A DNA stretch of 63,811 nt, filler included, from Globobulimina sp. (lineage: Eukaryota), in NCBI GenBank assembly GCA_003354225.1. It is 51 parts of 51 records of this genome, joined end to end, with 100 filler letters (N's around TTAATTAATTAA, not from the genome) between each part and the next. Parts side by side here need not be neighbours in the genome. Positions count along the whole stretch, not along the records: positions 50,140 to 51,291 come from PIVH01022216.1; positions 51,392 to 52,543 come from PIVH01022217.1; positions 52,644 to 53,795 come from PIVH01022218.1; positions 53,896 to 55,047 come from PIVH01022219.1; positions 55,148 to 56,299 come from PIVH01022220.1; positions 56,400 to 57,551 come from PIVH01022221.1; positions 57,652 to 58,803 come from PIVH01022222.1; positions 58,904 to 60,055 come from PIVH01022223.1; 43 more parts are not named here. The stretch is one strand, 5' to 3'. Under the pieces are notes generated by a model, which had not been told where the DNA came from, did not search any database, and saw only the letters and a program-made list of their open reading frames with translations. Both the position numbers and the translations under genes were made by a program. Below, in pieces: positions 50,140-63,336 of this stretch; the stretch's first letter is position 1, and every line of letters begins with the position of its first letter.

Positions 50140-50882
50140 TCAACCCATCAATATCTCCAACAAATCCCCAACAACGCGTGATTGAGAAAGCACCAATACA
50201 TCAACGCTCACTCCATCACAGCATCAATAACAAACATCGTCCAATCAAATACATTCCAACACATAACAATTTTATAGTGAATTTAGGGAATTTAGTGAAT
50301 GTTGGTGATGATATTAACGTTGATGCTGATAATGTTAATCGCGCGACAGACCGTAGTCGCATTGCAGACCACTTCGTTTCGTCCATTTTGTTGCCGGATG
50401 ACACAACGAGGCCTATTCAATCACGCTTTATAGAACAATCCATTCAGTTACCACGTGTACATATTAATCCTTCTTTATTGTCGCAGAACGCTGTCACGCG
50501 ATCGCAGGATAACATTAGTAACAGAATAGGAACTCCGATGCGTCGGCGCCACCGGCTATCACCATCACAGCTGACTTATACGAAACATGCATCACACTCT
50601 GGTAATGTGCTCGTACCACGTCAAGAATCTCATAGTGCTGATGGCCGAATACCACACATTGCTCAATCTCAAGTGGATGACTTTAATGCATTTAAAAGTG
50701 ACATTTTGGGCAATAGCAATGACGCAACCCCCTCATTAACGAAACAACAGATCACTTTCAATAAATTCAAAGATCAATGGATGATGCATAATGATTTGCA
50801 TGTTGCTAAAAGTATCTTTGCAACAATATATGATTCGGGCTCCGAAACCCATCAATTGGAAGAGAAAAATGGTGAATTATAA
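50140..50882 (+). CDS. Hypothetical protein fragment
   Basis: Open frame of more than 230 codons. Confidence 0.45.
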
Positions 50883-51391
50883 TATAATTTAATTGGATAT
50901 CACCGGTATGCCCTCGACATGCAAAATCATTTCATTTTATTATTAGTATTATTCTTTTTAGTTATTTTTATACGTCTTATTTTTTGATTTTTCGATATTT
51001 GACGATCATTTATTTCATTACTTACTCATTAAGCCTTCCATGTATTGTCTTTTATTTTTATTTGATTCATATTGTTTTATTCCAATGTATTGATGTTATT
51101 TGCCTTATTATTATTGTATTCCAATATGTTTGATATCCTTATCTTATCTTCAAAGTTTTTCTTAGTGATATTGATAAAATGATATTTTGCACAAAATTAT
51201 GGTTTCGCATCTTTGATTGGTTGGCTTTCTCTGTAACTATTATAGTGGTTATTGTTCATTTATAAATTATGTTATTTCATTTATATTGTTTNNNNNNNNN
51301 NNNNNNNNNNNNNNNNNNNNNNNNNNNNNNNNNNNTTAATTAATTAANNNNNNNNNNNNNNNNNNNNNNNNNNNNNNNNNNNNNNNNNNNN

Positions 51392-52543
51392 GATACTTGC
51401 GTACATTCCATATATATTTATGCCCGCAGCCTCAGGTATATCTAATACAAAATTTATTTGATTTGCAGTGTTACCAAATACATTAAAAAAGAGCATCGGA
51501 AACAATATCTCACTGTGAAGGGGTGCTTCAGTGGTAATCACTTCAATTAATGGGATCCCATCACCATACACATCTGTATAATTTATATACAATATATACG
51601 TAATGTGTATACATCAAATTGTTTCTTAACTTGTATGATAACACGTGTTGTTATGGTTTGCTTGACATGTTACCTTTAATACATCCACATTCCCACCGTA
51701 TATCTTTACATTTTCACACGAATTACTTCCAACACAATCAACCTGACATATTCTACCGGACTGTGCTTGATTTGGACATAGAATTAATGCATTTTTACAT
51801 GATTCACCATGAATCTCATCATAACAAAATACATGTAATGCGTCAGCAACTTGTCCATTGATTGTATGATAAGCGCACCCATCTGTTTATAGAAAATGTG
51901 TAAAAATGCATACTGAATGAAACATACACTACATTAACATTCACACACCAGCATTAGTTGCAGCATTACAATGAACCGAGCAATCACTGCCAGCCACACA
52001 ACCATAATCACCACCTTGTATATAATATGGACAACACCCACCAATATCGTCAGCGCCGCAATCCCACCATGAATTAGTAGCATCATATTCAAACGAAGAG
52101 CTGCCACCTAAATTATATCCTAAATAAAGACCATCACCCGCACCCTCAAGCGATTCTGTTTTAAACTGAGGCAGATAATGAAGGTCAACCAATAATTGTT
52201 CTGTTCTGTGTTTGTACTGATATTGTCCCCAAAAAGCAACAGTATGTCTTCCAGCCTCAACCCAACATTCAAATGTTAAATTGGCACATGCACTTTTACT
52301 TGTATTGGCATTACAATTTAAATCTAAATCCCACAAATAATCATATTCAATGATACCAACTCTGGTATCATCACATGACTTGCCTCCAACACAACCAATA
52401 TGACATTGTTCAAGCTCAATGGGACAAATAATTCTGGCATCAAAACACGATCCTGCTCCATTACAATTTAATGTACAGTCTTGCGTATTACCTAAACAAT
52501 TTGCATCCATCCATTTACATGACTCTCTTCCGCGACAATCAAT
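51392..52543 (-). CDS. Large Cys-rich extracellular repeat protein, internal fragment with introns
   Basis: Repeated C..C.G..SC motifs across several exons. Confidence 0.65.
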
Positions 52544-52643
52544 NNNNNNNNNNNNNNNNNNNNNNNNNNNNNNNNNNNNNNNNNNNNTTAATTAATTAAN
52601 NNNNNNNNNNNNNNNNNNNNNNNNNNNNNNNNNNNNNNNNNNN

Positions 52644-53795
52644 ATTATTCATACCAAACGATCTCCGTTTTTTATGTTTCTTCGCATTTCCATCCACATC
52701 AACGTTCACTAACCATGGCCAAACACTTATCTCTGGTTTATTATTAAACCATTTATGTGCTAATAGCTGTTGCGCAGATGGCCGTTGTTTGTCATCGTGA
52801 ATTAAACATTTATTCACAAAATCACAACAATCTGCGGATAAATTACATTTTTTAGGTGTTAATAGTGGCGTATTTGTAATGTATGACAATTGATTATCGC
52901 CGCTTCTTTCACCGAATAGCAATTCATAAGCAGTGATACCAATGCTCCAAATATCTGTTTTTGTATTGTATTTACACACATTCGAGGTCAGTTTCTCCGG
53001 CGATTGATATATCTGAGTGCCATTATTGATGCTTAAATATGAGTGTTTGTCATCTAATCTAAGTACAGTGCCAAAATCAGAGACTTTGATGTCACCATAT
53101 TTATTGGACAAAATATTCGCCATTTTAATATCATTATGAACATATAAATTATTATGCAACTCATTGATGCCCAATAGCACCGAATATATAATATAACGAA
53201 CAATTAATTCTTTCCTTTTCTGCGTAATGATCTCATGTATATTTAAGGTATCAATGGAGCCTAAATCCATATATTCCAACGCAACGCATATATCGCCATC
53301 GTCCATATCCTTACCGTACTCAAACATATCTATAATATGCTTGTTTTCACTAAATTCGCCATACAATTTTGCTTCTTTAATAGCTGCACATATCTCATGT
53401 TTCTGTTTGCTTCGACATTGTTTTATAGCCACCATTTTGCCGGATTTGTAATGGAAGGCTTTCTTAACAATGCCAGAAGCTCCATTGCCTATGTTATTAA
53501 ATGCAGTTTTGTTGGTGTTTTTATTTTGATATTGCATGTAATCATTGCGAAAGTCAAATAATTCGACATCGTCATCGGAGTCGTCTTCATCATCATAACT
53601 CGCAATTATATCCATGGCCAATGCATCTGCAGCGTCTGCAGTGTTATTATCATTTATGGATTGGAATAATTGATTGTGGCTGTAATCGTCTTCCAAGACA
53701 AGGGGTGCTAAGGACGGTGGAATGGTGAGCGAAAAAGAGAAATCTCTGTCGGTGTTATTGTTGTTGTTATCGTTATTGTGGTTTGTACCAATAAC
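52644..53795 (-). CDS. STE/MAP2K-like Ser/Thr protein kinase, partial
   Basis: IGNGASGIV, VAIK, LEYMDLGS, HNDIKMANIL, DFG, YQSPE, DIWSIG, RPSAQQLLAHKW. Confidence 0.93.
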
Positions 53796-54159
53796 NNNNN
53801 NNNNNNNNNNNNNNNNNNNNNNNNNNNNNNNNNNNNNNNTTAATTAATTAANNNNNNNNNNNNNNNNNNNNNNNNNNNNNNNNNNNNNNNNNNNNGAATT
53901 CTTTATTTCATGGATGATGATATTAATTTCGTGTAAATCATGGCTGTGTTATTATGATTATTCGTATGGGATATCTGTGGTGGATAAGAATTGGAGTGGA
54001 ATTACTACTGCTAACGATAAAGATTTTTGGTTGGAAAATCGAAAAACATGGTATTATATTAATATATATCTGTATATTTCTAACAAATTCTAGAAATAAA
54101 ATAAATAACAAAGGGGAGACACTGGATTTATAGTATGTTTTGGTATAGTTATAATTACA

Positions 54160-55047
54160 TTGATTTTAATCTTATTTTGCATCGACAGCATCTGGGTCTT
54201 AAAAGTAACCAATTTAACTTCCTTAAACATATTATCATTCTTAGCAGCCATCCCATGCTTTTTCATCTTAATCATGTTAGTATTTGTAGGTAAACGACAG
54301 GACCACAACGACCATACCTTCCATCGCGATGAATTTTGCATTTTGTTAGAATTAAAATATTTGTTATTATGTACATTGATAATGATCATTCATTACATGT
54401 CCACTGTGCCGAGCATCAGCAACATACATTTGGACGACATCTCGTGTATTATATTTATTTTTGCCTCCTCCTATTTCCAATCAAAATGGGTTGTCACCAA
54501 AGCAAGTCTCGACCGCTCGCAATTGATCCAATACAAGAGAGACATTCAGAAATTGCCCAAAAAAAAAAGAGAAATGAAATTCAATTTGAAAATGGTGGAC
54601 GTGTTACGCAGTGAAGAAGGCTTCGCAATGTTCCTCAGACACTGCCAAAGTGAAATGTGTCCGGAAGGATTGCTATTTATCGTAAAAGTGGCTCATTACA
54701 AAGGAAAAGTGCAGGAGTTGCAGTTTCATACAGTGCCACAAATTGAAATTGAAAATTCAATGTTAAGCAGACCCAATGATACCTGTACCATTGCCACGTA
54801 CGACACGGAGGAGGACCCAACTTACGATCCGCTGCCATCCACCAAACACGACGATGACTATGAAGTGCATGGCCAATCTCGACAATTGCCGCCATTGTCC
54901 GCTATAGTTTCGGCAGAACTTGATTCAGAAACGTTTGCCGGCTATGAAACAAACCTATTGTCAAAAGATTGGATTCCTATTTCCAACCAATTGGTGCAAC
55001 CAAAATTATTGATGAAAAACCTTGAAACTGCGATTAAACATAAAAAT
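54160..55047 (+). CDS. 7TM-RGS protein, internal fragment
   Basis: TM helices followed by RGS start VLRSEEGFAMFLRHCQSEMCPEGLLF. Confidence 0.8.
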
Positions 55048-55808
55048 NNNNNNNNNNNNNNNNNNNNNNNNNNNNNNNNNNNNNNNNNNNNTTAATTAAT
55101 TAANNNNNNNNNNNNNNNNNNNNNNNNNNNNNNNNNNNNNNNNNNNNACATCATTTAAAAGGGATTTACGATCTTTTGAAAAATTGGTGGACTTATTGAA
55201 CTGATTGAAAATTTAAGAGCTGTTTGACAGAGTTTTTAAAAAATCAGTACTTATCGGAGAGGCCTAATATAATGTCCGAATACAATAAATGGTGCGAAGG
55301 TTTCGTAGAAATTGCCAAAAAAGATAGCAATTGTTGTCACCCAAAACAAAGTGGAAAGTATTTAATAAATGATGAGATTATATATACAATGTTTAGTGAC
55401 ATATTGTTAGGTTTTATGAAATTTCGATTGGGGAAAATAGCATTCATAAATTATTGAAATTAACGGCAGTAATCAAATAAATAATATTTTACCATTTTAT
55501 AGTTCTTCTGATGCGTATGGTTATGGTGTATTTTTTTTTTCGATGGTCCAAGCCTATGGGTGACTGCAAGTGATATATAAATTTAATTACACACAATCAA
55601 AAATTCACGTTATTGCATATCACACAAGGGATTTATTAAAATGCATTGTTTGAAAGATTCAAATGAATTTCGTAAATTGAATGAACACCAAAAGGAAGCA
55701 ACCTTAATGTTTTTTAACACATTTAAAACGTACTCCGGAAAATTACAGTAGTAAATTTGCATCGCGACTACACATACCACTTTATCGCTAGACAAAAGTC
55801 TCAAAAGC

Positions 55809-56048
55809 ATGCGTTCAACGATATTGTCATTATATTTATTCATTCAAAGTCATTTTCTGGTGAATGTACTTCGATGCAGCCCAAATATTATATTTATCTT
55901 AGGTGACGATCATGGAATAAATGATATGATGTCTGAAACAACGGACACATTGACCCCAAATATCAATAGATTGGCATCTCAAGGAGTAATATTAAGCCAT
56001 TACTATGTTCAAAAGAATTGCAGTCCATCGCGGTCTGCATTTATGAGT
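55809..56048 (+). CDS. Arylsulfatase B-like sulfatase N-terminus (first exon or truncated)
   Basis: Signal peptide, PNIIFILGDDHG, TPNINRLA.QGV.L..YY, CSPSR (CxPxR). Confidence 0.85.
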
Positions 56049-56628
56049 TTAGTGACTCACATAATAATTGGCAAGAAACCAGAAATACGTACGACAAACC
56101 TTAAAGTAGAGCGTCTGTCTTTGTACCAATTGTGCTGTAAATACATTGATTTGCAAACACAATATTGACAAATAGAAACAATATACTGTCATATGACGAT
56201 GCTACACTGTCAGATAGAAACAATATAGGGTCAAATGGAAACAGTATTTGTAGACTTGCGAGTATGTGCAGTATATTGTTTCAGTTGTACGTACAACCTN
56301 NNNNNNNNNNNNNNNNNNNNNNNNNNNNNNNNNNNNNNNNNNNTTAATTAATTAANNNNNNNNNNNNNNNNNNNNNNNNNNNNNNNNNNNNNNNNNNNNG
56401 TGCACATGGTCCATGTGCACTTGTGCATCATGTGTAGCTATGTGTTCCTATGTGCATTCATGTGTTTTTATACTATGATCAAATGCATTCTAACCATAGG
56501 GTTTCTAGAAAGACATGATTAAAGATGTAGGTTTCTAGTGAGTCAAAGTAAAGTTTAAATTAAATCAAAAGTTTTACAAAAAAGAGAGTCAACGGCCTCT
56601 GTTGCCACCACCAAGTCCACCAAGTCCA

Positions 56629-57290
56629 CTAATCACCGATCAAAATTATCTCACCACATTTTCTGCAAAACAAACGTTTGCTATCATTTGTACATTGATA
56701 ATCATGGGGATAACATATAGGACGCGCAATATCATCCATATTATAATTATCATTAACAAAGATATCATCATTATATAATACAGAATTATTTGAATCATCC
56801 AATGGAATGCTTGGAACTGGATTTATAATCTTATTTGGAACTGGATTTAAAATATTATTTATCAATGGATCGGACACAATAACAGTTGGCAATGGCAATA
56901 GCGCTGCCAATGGTAACGGCAATGGTTGCGGTGGCATACTTGCAATTTTATTTAACTGTGCAGCGACAACAGAATCAACAAATGCACTTATTATGCCATC
57001 CTGATTTTTCTCTTTTATCATTTTTTTAATATTATCAACAACAGCTTGGTCATTTATGGTACGCGGTTCCTGGGAAAATTTTGGTTTGGTATTAATAAAA
57101 TTATATTCAGTTGGACTAATTCTGGTATTTATATTGATTGAAAGTCCGTCGGCATTAAATAATAAGCCGCCAACAGAAAACGCATTTTGAAATGTAACAA
57201 TTGCTGGATTCTCACTTGAATATTTCGCAAATAATGCAACCAATGAATATGCGACCTGGTCTTTTTTTGTACGCGTACAATCTTCGTATG
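56629..57290 (-). CDS. Hypothetical protein ending in a putative Zn ribbon
   Basis: C..H...C......FCRKCGE at the C-terminus. Confidence 0.45.
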
Positions 57291-57652
57291 ACTGTATAAA
57301 AGAAAGTGAATAAAAAATTAATAAAAAATTAATAAAACATAACTCCGGTACGAAATATTTCTGCCTTTGTTTTTGTAATATTTTTTGTTTTCATATCAAG
57401 AATATCTAAATCATCATCATCTGATGAATTTTCTTTTTTTATTTTTAATATTTTTCCATATTGTTTATCTTTAATATTATCAGATGAATAACTTGATGTT
57501 GATTGAGATGAATAACTTGAGGTTGACTCTCTTGCTCTTTTTTTGGATTTTNNNNNNNNNNNNNNNNNNNNNNNNNNNNNNNNNNNNNNNNNNNNTTAAT
57601 TAATTAANNNNNNNNNNNNNNNNNNNNNNNNNNNNNNNNNNNNNNNNNNNNT

Positions 57653-58225
57653 GGTGTTGGGAAATGCGAGGGTTTGATGATCAAAACCTTGGACATTGAC
57701 GCAACTTATGAGCCGTCGCGCAGATCGCATAATTGGTTGAAGTGTAAGAAGGATTATTTGGACGGGATTGGCGATACGTTGGATTTGGTGGTAATGGGCG
57801 CCTTTCATGGCACTGGAAAGCGGACAGGCACGTTTGGCTCGTATTTGGTGGGCTGTTATAATGAGGACGAGGACGTATACCAATCGTGTGGTAAAGTGGG
57901 CACTGGCTTTAAAGACGAGGACTTGCTGGCTTTGGACAAGGAAATGAAGCTATATCAGAGCCATCAGAATAAGAAACCAATGGAATATGAAGCTGGCTAT
58001 GAATGTGAGGTGTGGTTTGAACCAAAGTGTGTTTGGGAAATAAAATGTGCGGATTTAACCATATCACCGATACATATGGCTGCGGCCGGATTGGCAGATG
58101 AAGCAAAAGGAATCGCCTTACGCTTTCCGAGATTTTTAAATAAGAGACCTGATAAACAACCGACAATGGCTTCCAGTGCACAACAAATATATGAAATGTT
58201 TGCTAATCAAGCTATATACAATTGA
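57653..58225 (+). CDS. LIG1: DNA ligase I C-terminus, 5'-partial
   Basis: CEGLMIK, YEPSRRSHNWLKCKKDY, DTLDLVVMGA, GTGFKDE, LTISPIH, LRFPRF. Confidence 0.96.
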   Translation, partial: GVGKCEGLMIKTLDIDATYEPSRRSHNWLKCKKDYLDGIGDTLDLVVMGAFHGTGKRTGTFGSYLVGCYNEDEDVYQSCGKVGTGFKDEDLLALDKEMKLYQSHQNKKPMEYEAGYECEVWFEPKCVWEIKCADLTISPIHMAAAGLADEAKGIALRFPRFLNKRPDKQPTMASSAQQIYEMFANQAIYN

Positions 58226-58393
58226 TTCAATTGATACTGTGTCTGACATTTTTTTTTTACTTTCATATTTATTTAAATTATCCAACAACGCGTCTTATTT
58301 TTGGTGTTCAGATTATCAGATATGATCCATGCAGACCATGCTGTTCATAGCGTTCATGTTTAACTCTAAAAAACTACACAAACGACTTGAAGC

Positions 58394-58803
58394 ATGGATG
58401 ATCAAAAACGACCTGGTCACGACAACATTACCGGAGAACGTGATGACTTTATTGTAATCACAGAATTCTCTGAACGGGAAGGACCAATATCGCCACTAAC
58501 CATCCCAACCGAGTTGCCACCCAAATGGCATTTCAACAAATCCAAGTTTGCATTACGCGTATTAGGTTCAGAATTTCGTAAAAAAAAAGCCTTAGGCACC
58601 TTACCCTCCATAAATGTTTGCGATATGCAACAGTTCTTTGAAGACGATACCAATGAACTATACATCTATTGTCATTATTGTTCGATCGCTGATTTTGGTG
58701 CTCGAGGTTATACGCGGGCATTATGCCTAACATATATTACACCGACACCCAAGAAAATACAACGAATATTCTCTTGGTTAAAACGTGTGTTCACGCAAAC
58801 GGC
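58394..58803 (+). CDS. SMCR8: SMCR8-like longin/DENN protein N-terminus, 3'-partial
   Basis: DFIVITEFSEREGP..LTIP, FALRVL, D..ARGY.R..CL.YIT. Confidence 0.75.
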
Positions 58804-58939
58804 NNNNNNNNNNNNNNNNNNNNNNNNNNNNNNNNNNNNNNNNNNNNTTAATTAATTAANNNNNNNNNNNNNNNNNNNNNNNNNNNNNNNNNNNNNNNNN
58901 NNNACTGCAACAGTTGCTACAACATCCGTGAATTACTCA

Positions 58940-59077
58940 CCCAAAAATAAAGTAGGAAAAGTTTTATTTTTGGGTTTCACAAAAAAAAAGTATGAATAGT
59001 TTTATTTTTGGGTTTCACAAAAAAAAAGTAGGAAAAGTTTTATTTTTACGAATTCCATTAAACCATTTTCTATTAAG
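58940..59077. repeat. Tandem 39-bp units plus dispersed repeat end shared with 11107-11186
   Basis: AGTTTTATTTTTGGGTTTCACAAAAAAAAAGTA repeated. Confidence 0.88.
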
Positions 59078-59093
59078 ATATACTTAAAATCGG

Positions 59094-59264
59094 GGTTTTT
59101 GTGTGTTTTCGGGTTTATCCAAATGAATCCATGACTATTCATTGCTTTTGCAAAAACCAATGCCATGGTATATTATATATACGTGATATGAATAAAAGTG
59201 TTGAATGAATCTGATGAATAGTCATAGATTCACTTGGATAAACCCGGAAACACACAAAAACACC
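59094..59264. mobile_element. MITE-like element with about 49-bp imperfect terminal inverted repeats
   Basis: GTTTTTGTGTGTTTTCGGGTTTATCCAAATGAATCCATGACTATTCAT versus ATGAATAGTCATAGATTCACTTGGATAAACCCGGAAACACACAAAAAC. Confidence 0.7.
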
Positions 59265-59349
59265 TTAGTATGACCAAACCACCGCATGCTCTTTGTCCCA
59301 ATCTGAAATATCTAATTATAATTAATAATATTTATAACTTGGAATTAAG

Positions 59350-60009
59350 TTACTTTTCAGCCAAAGTCATTACTTGGAAAACAGAGGCTGCATTGACATC
59401 AATTTTCGCGTTGATGGTTAACATATTCCCATTGGAAATATCATATTGATCCGCTGCCAATGTATTGCCATTCATTGTAACTTTTTCTAAGTTATTATTT
59501 CCATCCAATTTAACAATCATTTTAGTTTCACCATTTATAATATTGCCAGGCACCGCAACCGCAATCTCGTACTGTAACAATCCACGTTGCATAACTCTCG
59601 CGGACCGAACCATTACATTTGGATAATCCACAGACAATAATTCTAAACTTGTTTGCAATTTCGGCCATTTTGTTTGATGCACTCTCCGCCACGAATCATT
59701 ACTTAACGTCATTGAAGTTAATATATTGGCTGTGTCCATGATTGGTGCACCAAAGCCATTGTCACAATTTTTTGTTTGCAATAACGGTGCTTTTATATTA
59801 TAACTATTATTGACTGTGGAGCCCCAGCGATTTATTAAATAATTAATAGAGCCATTCACACGATCTTCAATCTCCGTGGTGTTGTATCCCGCGCGTTCAT
59901 TGAACCACAAACATTGCTTAGCTCCGATCGAATAGAATGAAGTGCCAAATCCTACACAAACATTTATGGAAACACAAACCATATAAAACATAGAAATGTA
60001 GCATACCAA
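59350..60009 (-). CDS. Hypothetical protein C-terminus
   Basis: Open frame of about 200 codons. Confidence 0.5.
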   Translation of the reverse strand: MVCYISMFYMVCVSINVCVGFGTSFYSIGAKQCLWFNERAGYNTTEIEDRVNGSINYLINRWGSTVNNSYNIKAPLLQTKNCDNGFGAPIMDTANILTSMTLSNDSWRRVHQTKWPKLQTSLELLSVDYPNVMVRSARVMQRGLLQYEIAVAVPGNIINGETKMIVKLDGNNNLEKVTMNGNTLAADQYDISNGNMLTINAKIDVNAASVFQVMTLAEK

Positions 60010-60157
60010 TTCCTAAATCAACATTGTTTCTCAACACCCAAGGGTGTAGTAGTAGNNNNNNNNNNNNNNNNNNNNNNNNNNNNNNNNNNNNNNNNNNNNT
60101 TAATTAATTAANNNNNNNNNNNNNNNNNNNNNNNNNNNNNNNNNNNNNNNNNNNNAA

Positions 60158-61307
60158 GTTAAATGGGGTAACGATGGTGATAAGTGGCTCTGTATTTGTG
60201 ACAGCGGGCCAGAAATGAATTGGCGTAAACCCCAGATCCGCTTCAAAATTGTTAAATGTAATTACTGCCACACTTACAGCCATATTAAGTGTTACAAACT
60301 GGCGCCGTTGTATCATAAGAAAACGAAGTGGGCGTCCTACAAACATTGGTGTATGAACTGCTGCGTTTCGTTATCAATGATTTATATGTTTAATGGATTC
60401 TCATCATCAAAAACGTTTCGTTTACAGACCAATACCCATTATTTAGCGAATCTTATCCGTAATACCCGCCGTATCTCCAATCTGAAATCATTTGTTGCCT
60501 GCAATGAGACTGACTTTGTTTCTTTCATCAATTCGATGTTTAATGAGAACTTAAGCACGTTGACACAATCAACGTTAGCTTCTGACTCATCCGACCTTTC
60601 CTCACAGCACAACAACAGTACCATCGATGCATACCAGCTATGCCCTCGTCCCACCATCCAAGATCAACCAGACTTTATCGTACATTCGGTTGGATCTCTC
60701 AATTCAAAGGACAACTCAGATTACAATGGCGATGAGAAGCTCACCACACATTCAATAGCTGGTTCCGCACACTCTGACCATACATCACCTGTAGCCCCCA
60801 CAATGTACGCAGCTCCCAATATTACCGTTGCTGACAAGCAGGAATTGCCAGTCACTAAGAAGGTTAAGCTCCTCCTTAAAAATCGCGCTCATGATGATAT
60901 TATTAATGATAATTACGAGATTAATTCTGCGCGGAACCAGTTGAATAACCTCGCCATTGCCCCCATGGTCATTCAGGATGCCAATATATCGACCCCTTAC
61001 ATCCATAACCTCCAAGATGACATTTCTAGCATTACTCAAGTTGCCAACGACCGGATGTCTTTATCTGCAGTGAACCAGACACAGTCATTATCGTTGAGTA
61101 TATGCACCAATATTACTGGGGTTGCTACTCATTCCGCGAAACCATCGAAGAAGTTGACAAAGCATCAGCTTCGCCTTCGTAATTTGATGAAATTGAACAC
61201 AGTGCGCACCATCGAGAACCTATTTATTAATCCCGAGAGTAACATGATTCGGCTGAATCAACCCAAATTGTTTGAAATTACCCGTCATGCACCACCCCGT
61301 TCCATTA
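60158..61307 (+). CDS. PHD-finger protein fragment
   Basis: CIC...KCNYCHTYSHIKC...WCMNC (C4HC3). Confidence 0.7.
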
Positions 61308-61407
61308 NNNNNNNNNNNNNNNNNNNNNNNNNNNNNNNNNNNNNNNNNNNNTTAATTAATTAANNNNNNNNNNNNNNNNNNNNNNNNNNNNNNNNNNNNN
61401 NNNNNNN

Positions 61408-62559
61408 ACAAGTTATGGATATGAAACCTATTTCATTTATTGATTTATCGAATGTCATTGTAATCAATCGAATCAAGAAAAATGAAAATGAAAATAGACA
61501 CTTTGTGTTTGAAATTGTAACAAGTTCTGACCGATATATGCTGTCAACTCTAAGTGAAGATAGGATGGCTCAATGGATCCAACATTTAAATGTCTATATT
61601 TATGGAGATGTGATATATTGTGGTTATATGATAAAACAAGGCCAAAAGGTAAAATCATGGAAAAAACGATGGTTTACATTATCATCACATTGGAAAGAAT
61701 TAAGATATTATGAATATAAAAATATGATGTTCAGTTTCAAAGGAAAAGTTGATTTATCACTCATTAAAATATTGAGACATGGTGATCAGAGTAAATATGG
61801 TTTTGTTTATTGCATCGAACTAATCACAGATTTAAGGTATTTGACTGTATCCATTGCATTGTGAGTCTACAATAATGTGCTATGTATGCATGAAAAATGA
61901 ACGTCAGAGAATTCGTGGTTACAAATGCATACTACAATGAACAAAAATTATGGTTTTCCAAAATTGAAAAAGTTTTACAAGGACAAAATGTTTGTAGTTA
62001 TTGTTCAGAAATATATTCATTCTCATTACCTAAGAATGTGAAAAAGAAAAGTTATTATAAAATGAAAGTAATTCATAAAGGAAACTTATATTTATTGAAT
62101 ACGGAGAATACAGACAAATATGAATGGAATACAAATTATTATGCCATTGATGGCAAAACAATGCGATTATTTTATACACGTACTGCAAAACAGATGTATA
62201 TATTCGAAAATTCTTTAATTGAGCAAGAAAATGCTGAAATGTATATTAATAAACAAGTAAATGGATATTATTTGTTATTTGGTGAACGGATTGAGATTAT
62301 AAACGATATAAAACAAATAAATTGTTTTCAGCAAAATATCGATAAATATGAGGAAAAAGAACAAGTTACAAACTATGCGTCGGATGAAAGTGGAGTGGAG
62401 TTAAGATATCCTGTTATTGGATCGTTGAGTGATTCAAATATTAAACAACATGGGACAACCAATGAAAATGACCTTCGTTTACGAACAGCTTCAAATGTTT
62501 CATTGGGTGACATAGAAAATGGTTTTATGGATATTGTCGATCCATTTTTGATCGCATTT
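61408..62559 (+). CDS. Multi-PH-domain protein; intron 61837-61907; partial
   Basis: FVFEIVT..RY.L.......QWI; GYMIKQGQKVKSWKKRWFTL. Confidence 0.88.
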
Positions 62560-62659
62560 NNNNNNNNNNNNNNNNNNNNNNNNNNNNNNNNNNNNNNNNN
62601 NNNTTAATTAATTAANNNNNNNNNNNNNNNNNNNNNNNNNNNNNNNNNNNNNNNNNNNN

Positions 62660-63336
62660 CACAATCGCAATCACGTCCGCCGTCACAGTTTCAGTCACAT
62701 CTACAGCCTCAATCACAGCCGCAGTCGCAGTCGCATGCACATCTATCACGACATCATTCTGATCCAAATCTAATGCCACATCGTAATAATAATAATGATG
62801 TGCTAGTCTTTGGGGACGAATATGAGCCAATGATGCAGTCTATGAGTGAGCCGCAAACTATATCTGATAATTCTGCGCAGGAACGGCGGTATAAAAGAAA
62901 CCATAATCATGTGAGTGATATGCATGATAATAACTCGACAAATCCAAATTATCGATTGAATATCGCCAATAATCTGTCGCGTGTTAGTTATAATGAAGAA
63001 TCACCGCCGACGCAGCCACTGCTACAGCATGGCATGCAGACCATTGTGGAAGTGAATGACGATGAGGATGATAATAAATATAATGTTAAATATAAGAAGA
63101 TTCAAAATGAAATGGCCGGAGCGGAGAATAGTAGCCTTTCAATTATAGTGTCGTCAGAGGAGGGTGATGTTGGTGGAGGCGGCGGAGATACAAAACATGT
63201 TTATAAAACTGCAAAAAAAAGGACTGCACTTTCTACAGTAACCGAACAAGCAGCCAATTGCAATGAAAGTGGTGATAATAGTTCGAATAAAGACAAATCT
63301 CATCTTTATACCACACAGAATTCATCAAATAATTAA
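62660..63336 (+). CDS. Low-complexity hypothetical protein C-terminus
   Basis: Open frame rich in Ser/His/Asn. Confidence 0.45.

Noticed and set aside
56060-56140. tRNA gene on the minus strand
   Set aside because: No convincing T-arm (GTTCRA) or acceptor stem; no tRNA or rRNA recognised anywhere in the window
56400-56420. Perfect 10-bp hairpin GTGCACATGG-T-CCATGTGCAC
   Set aside because: Short, at a contig edge and within simple ATGTG-rich sequence; no function can be supported
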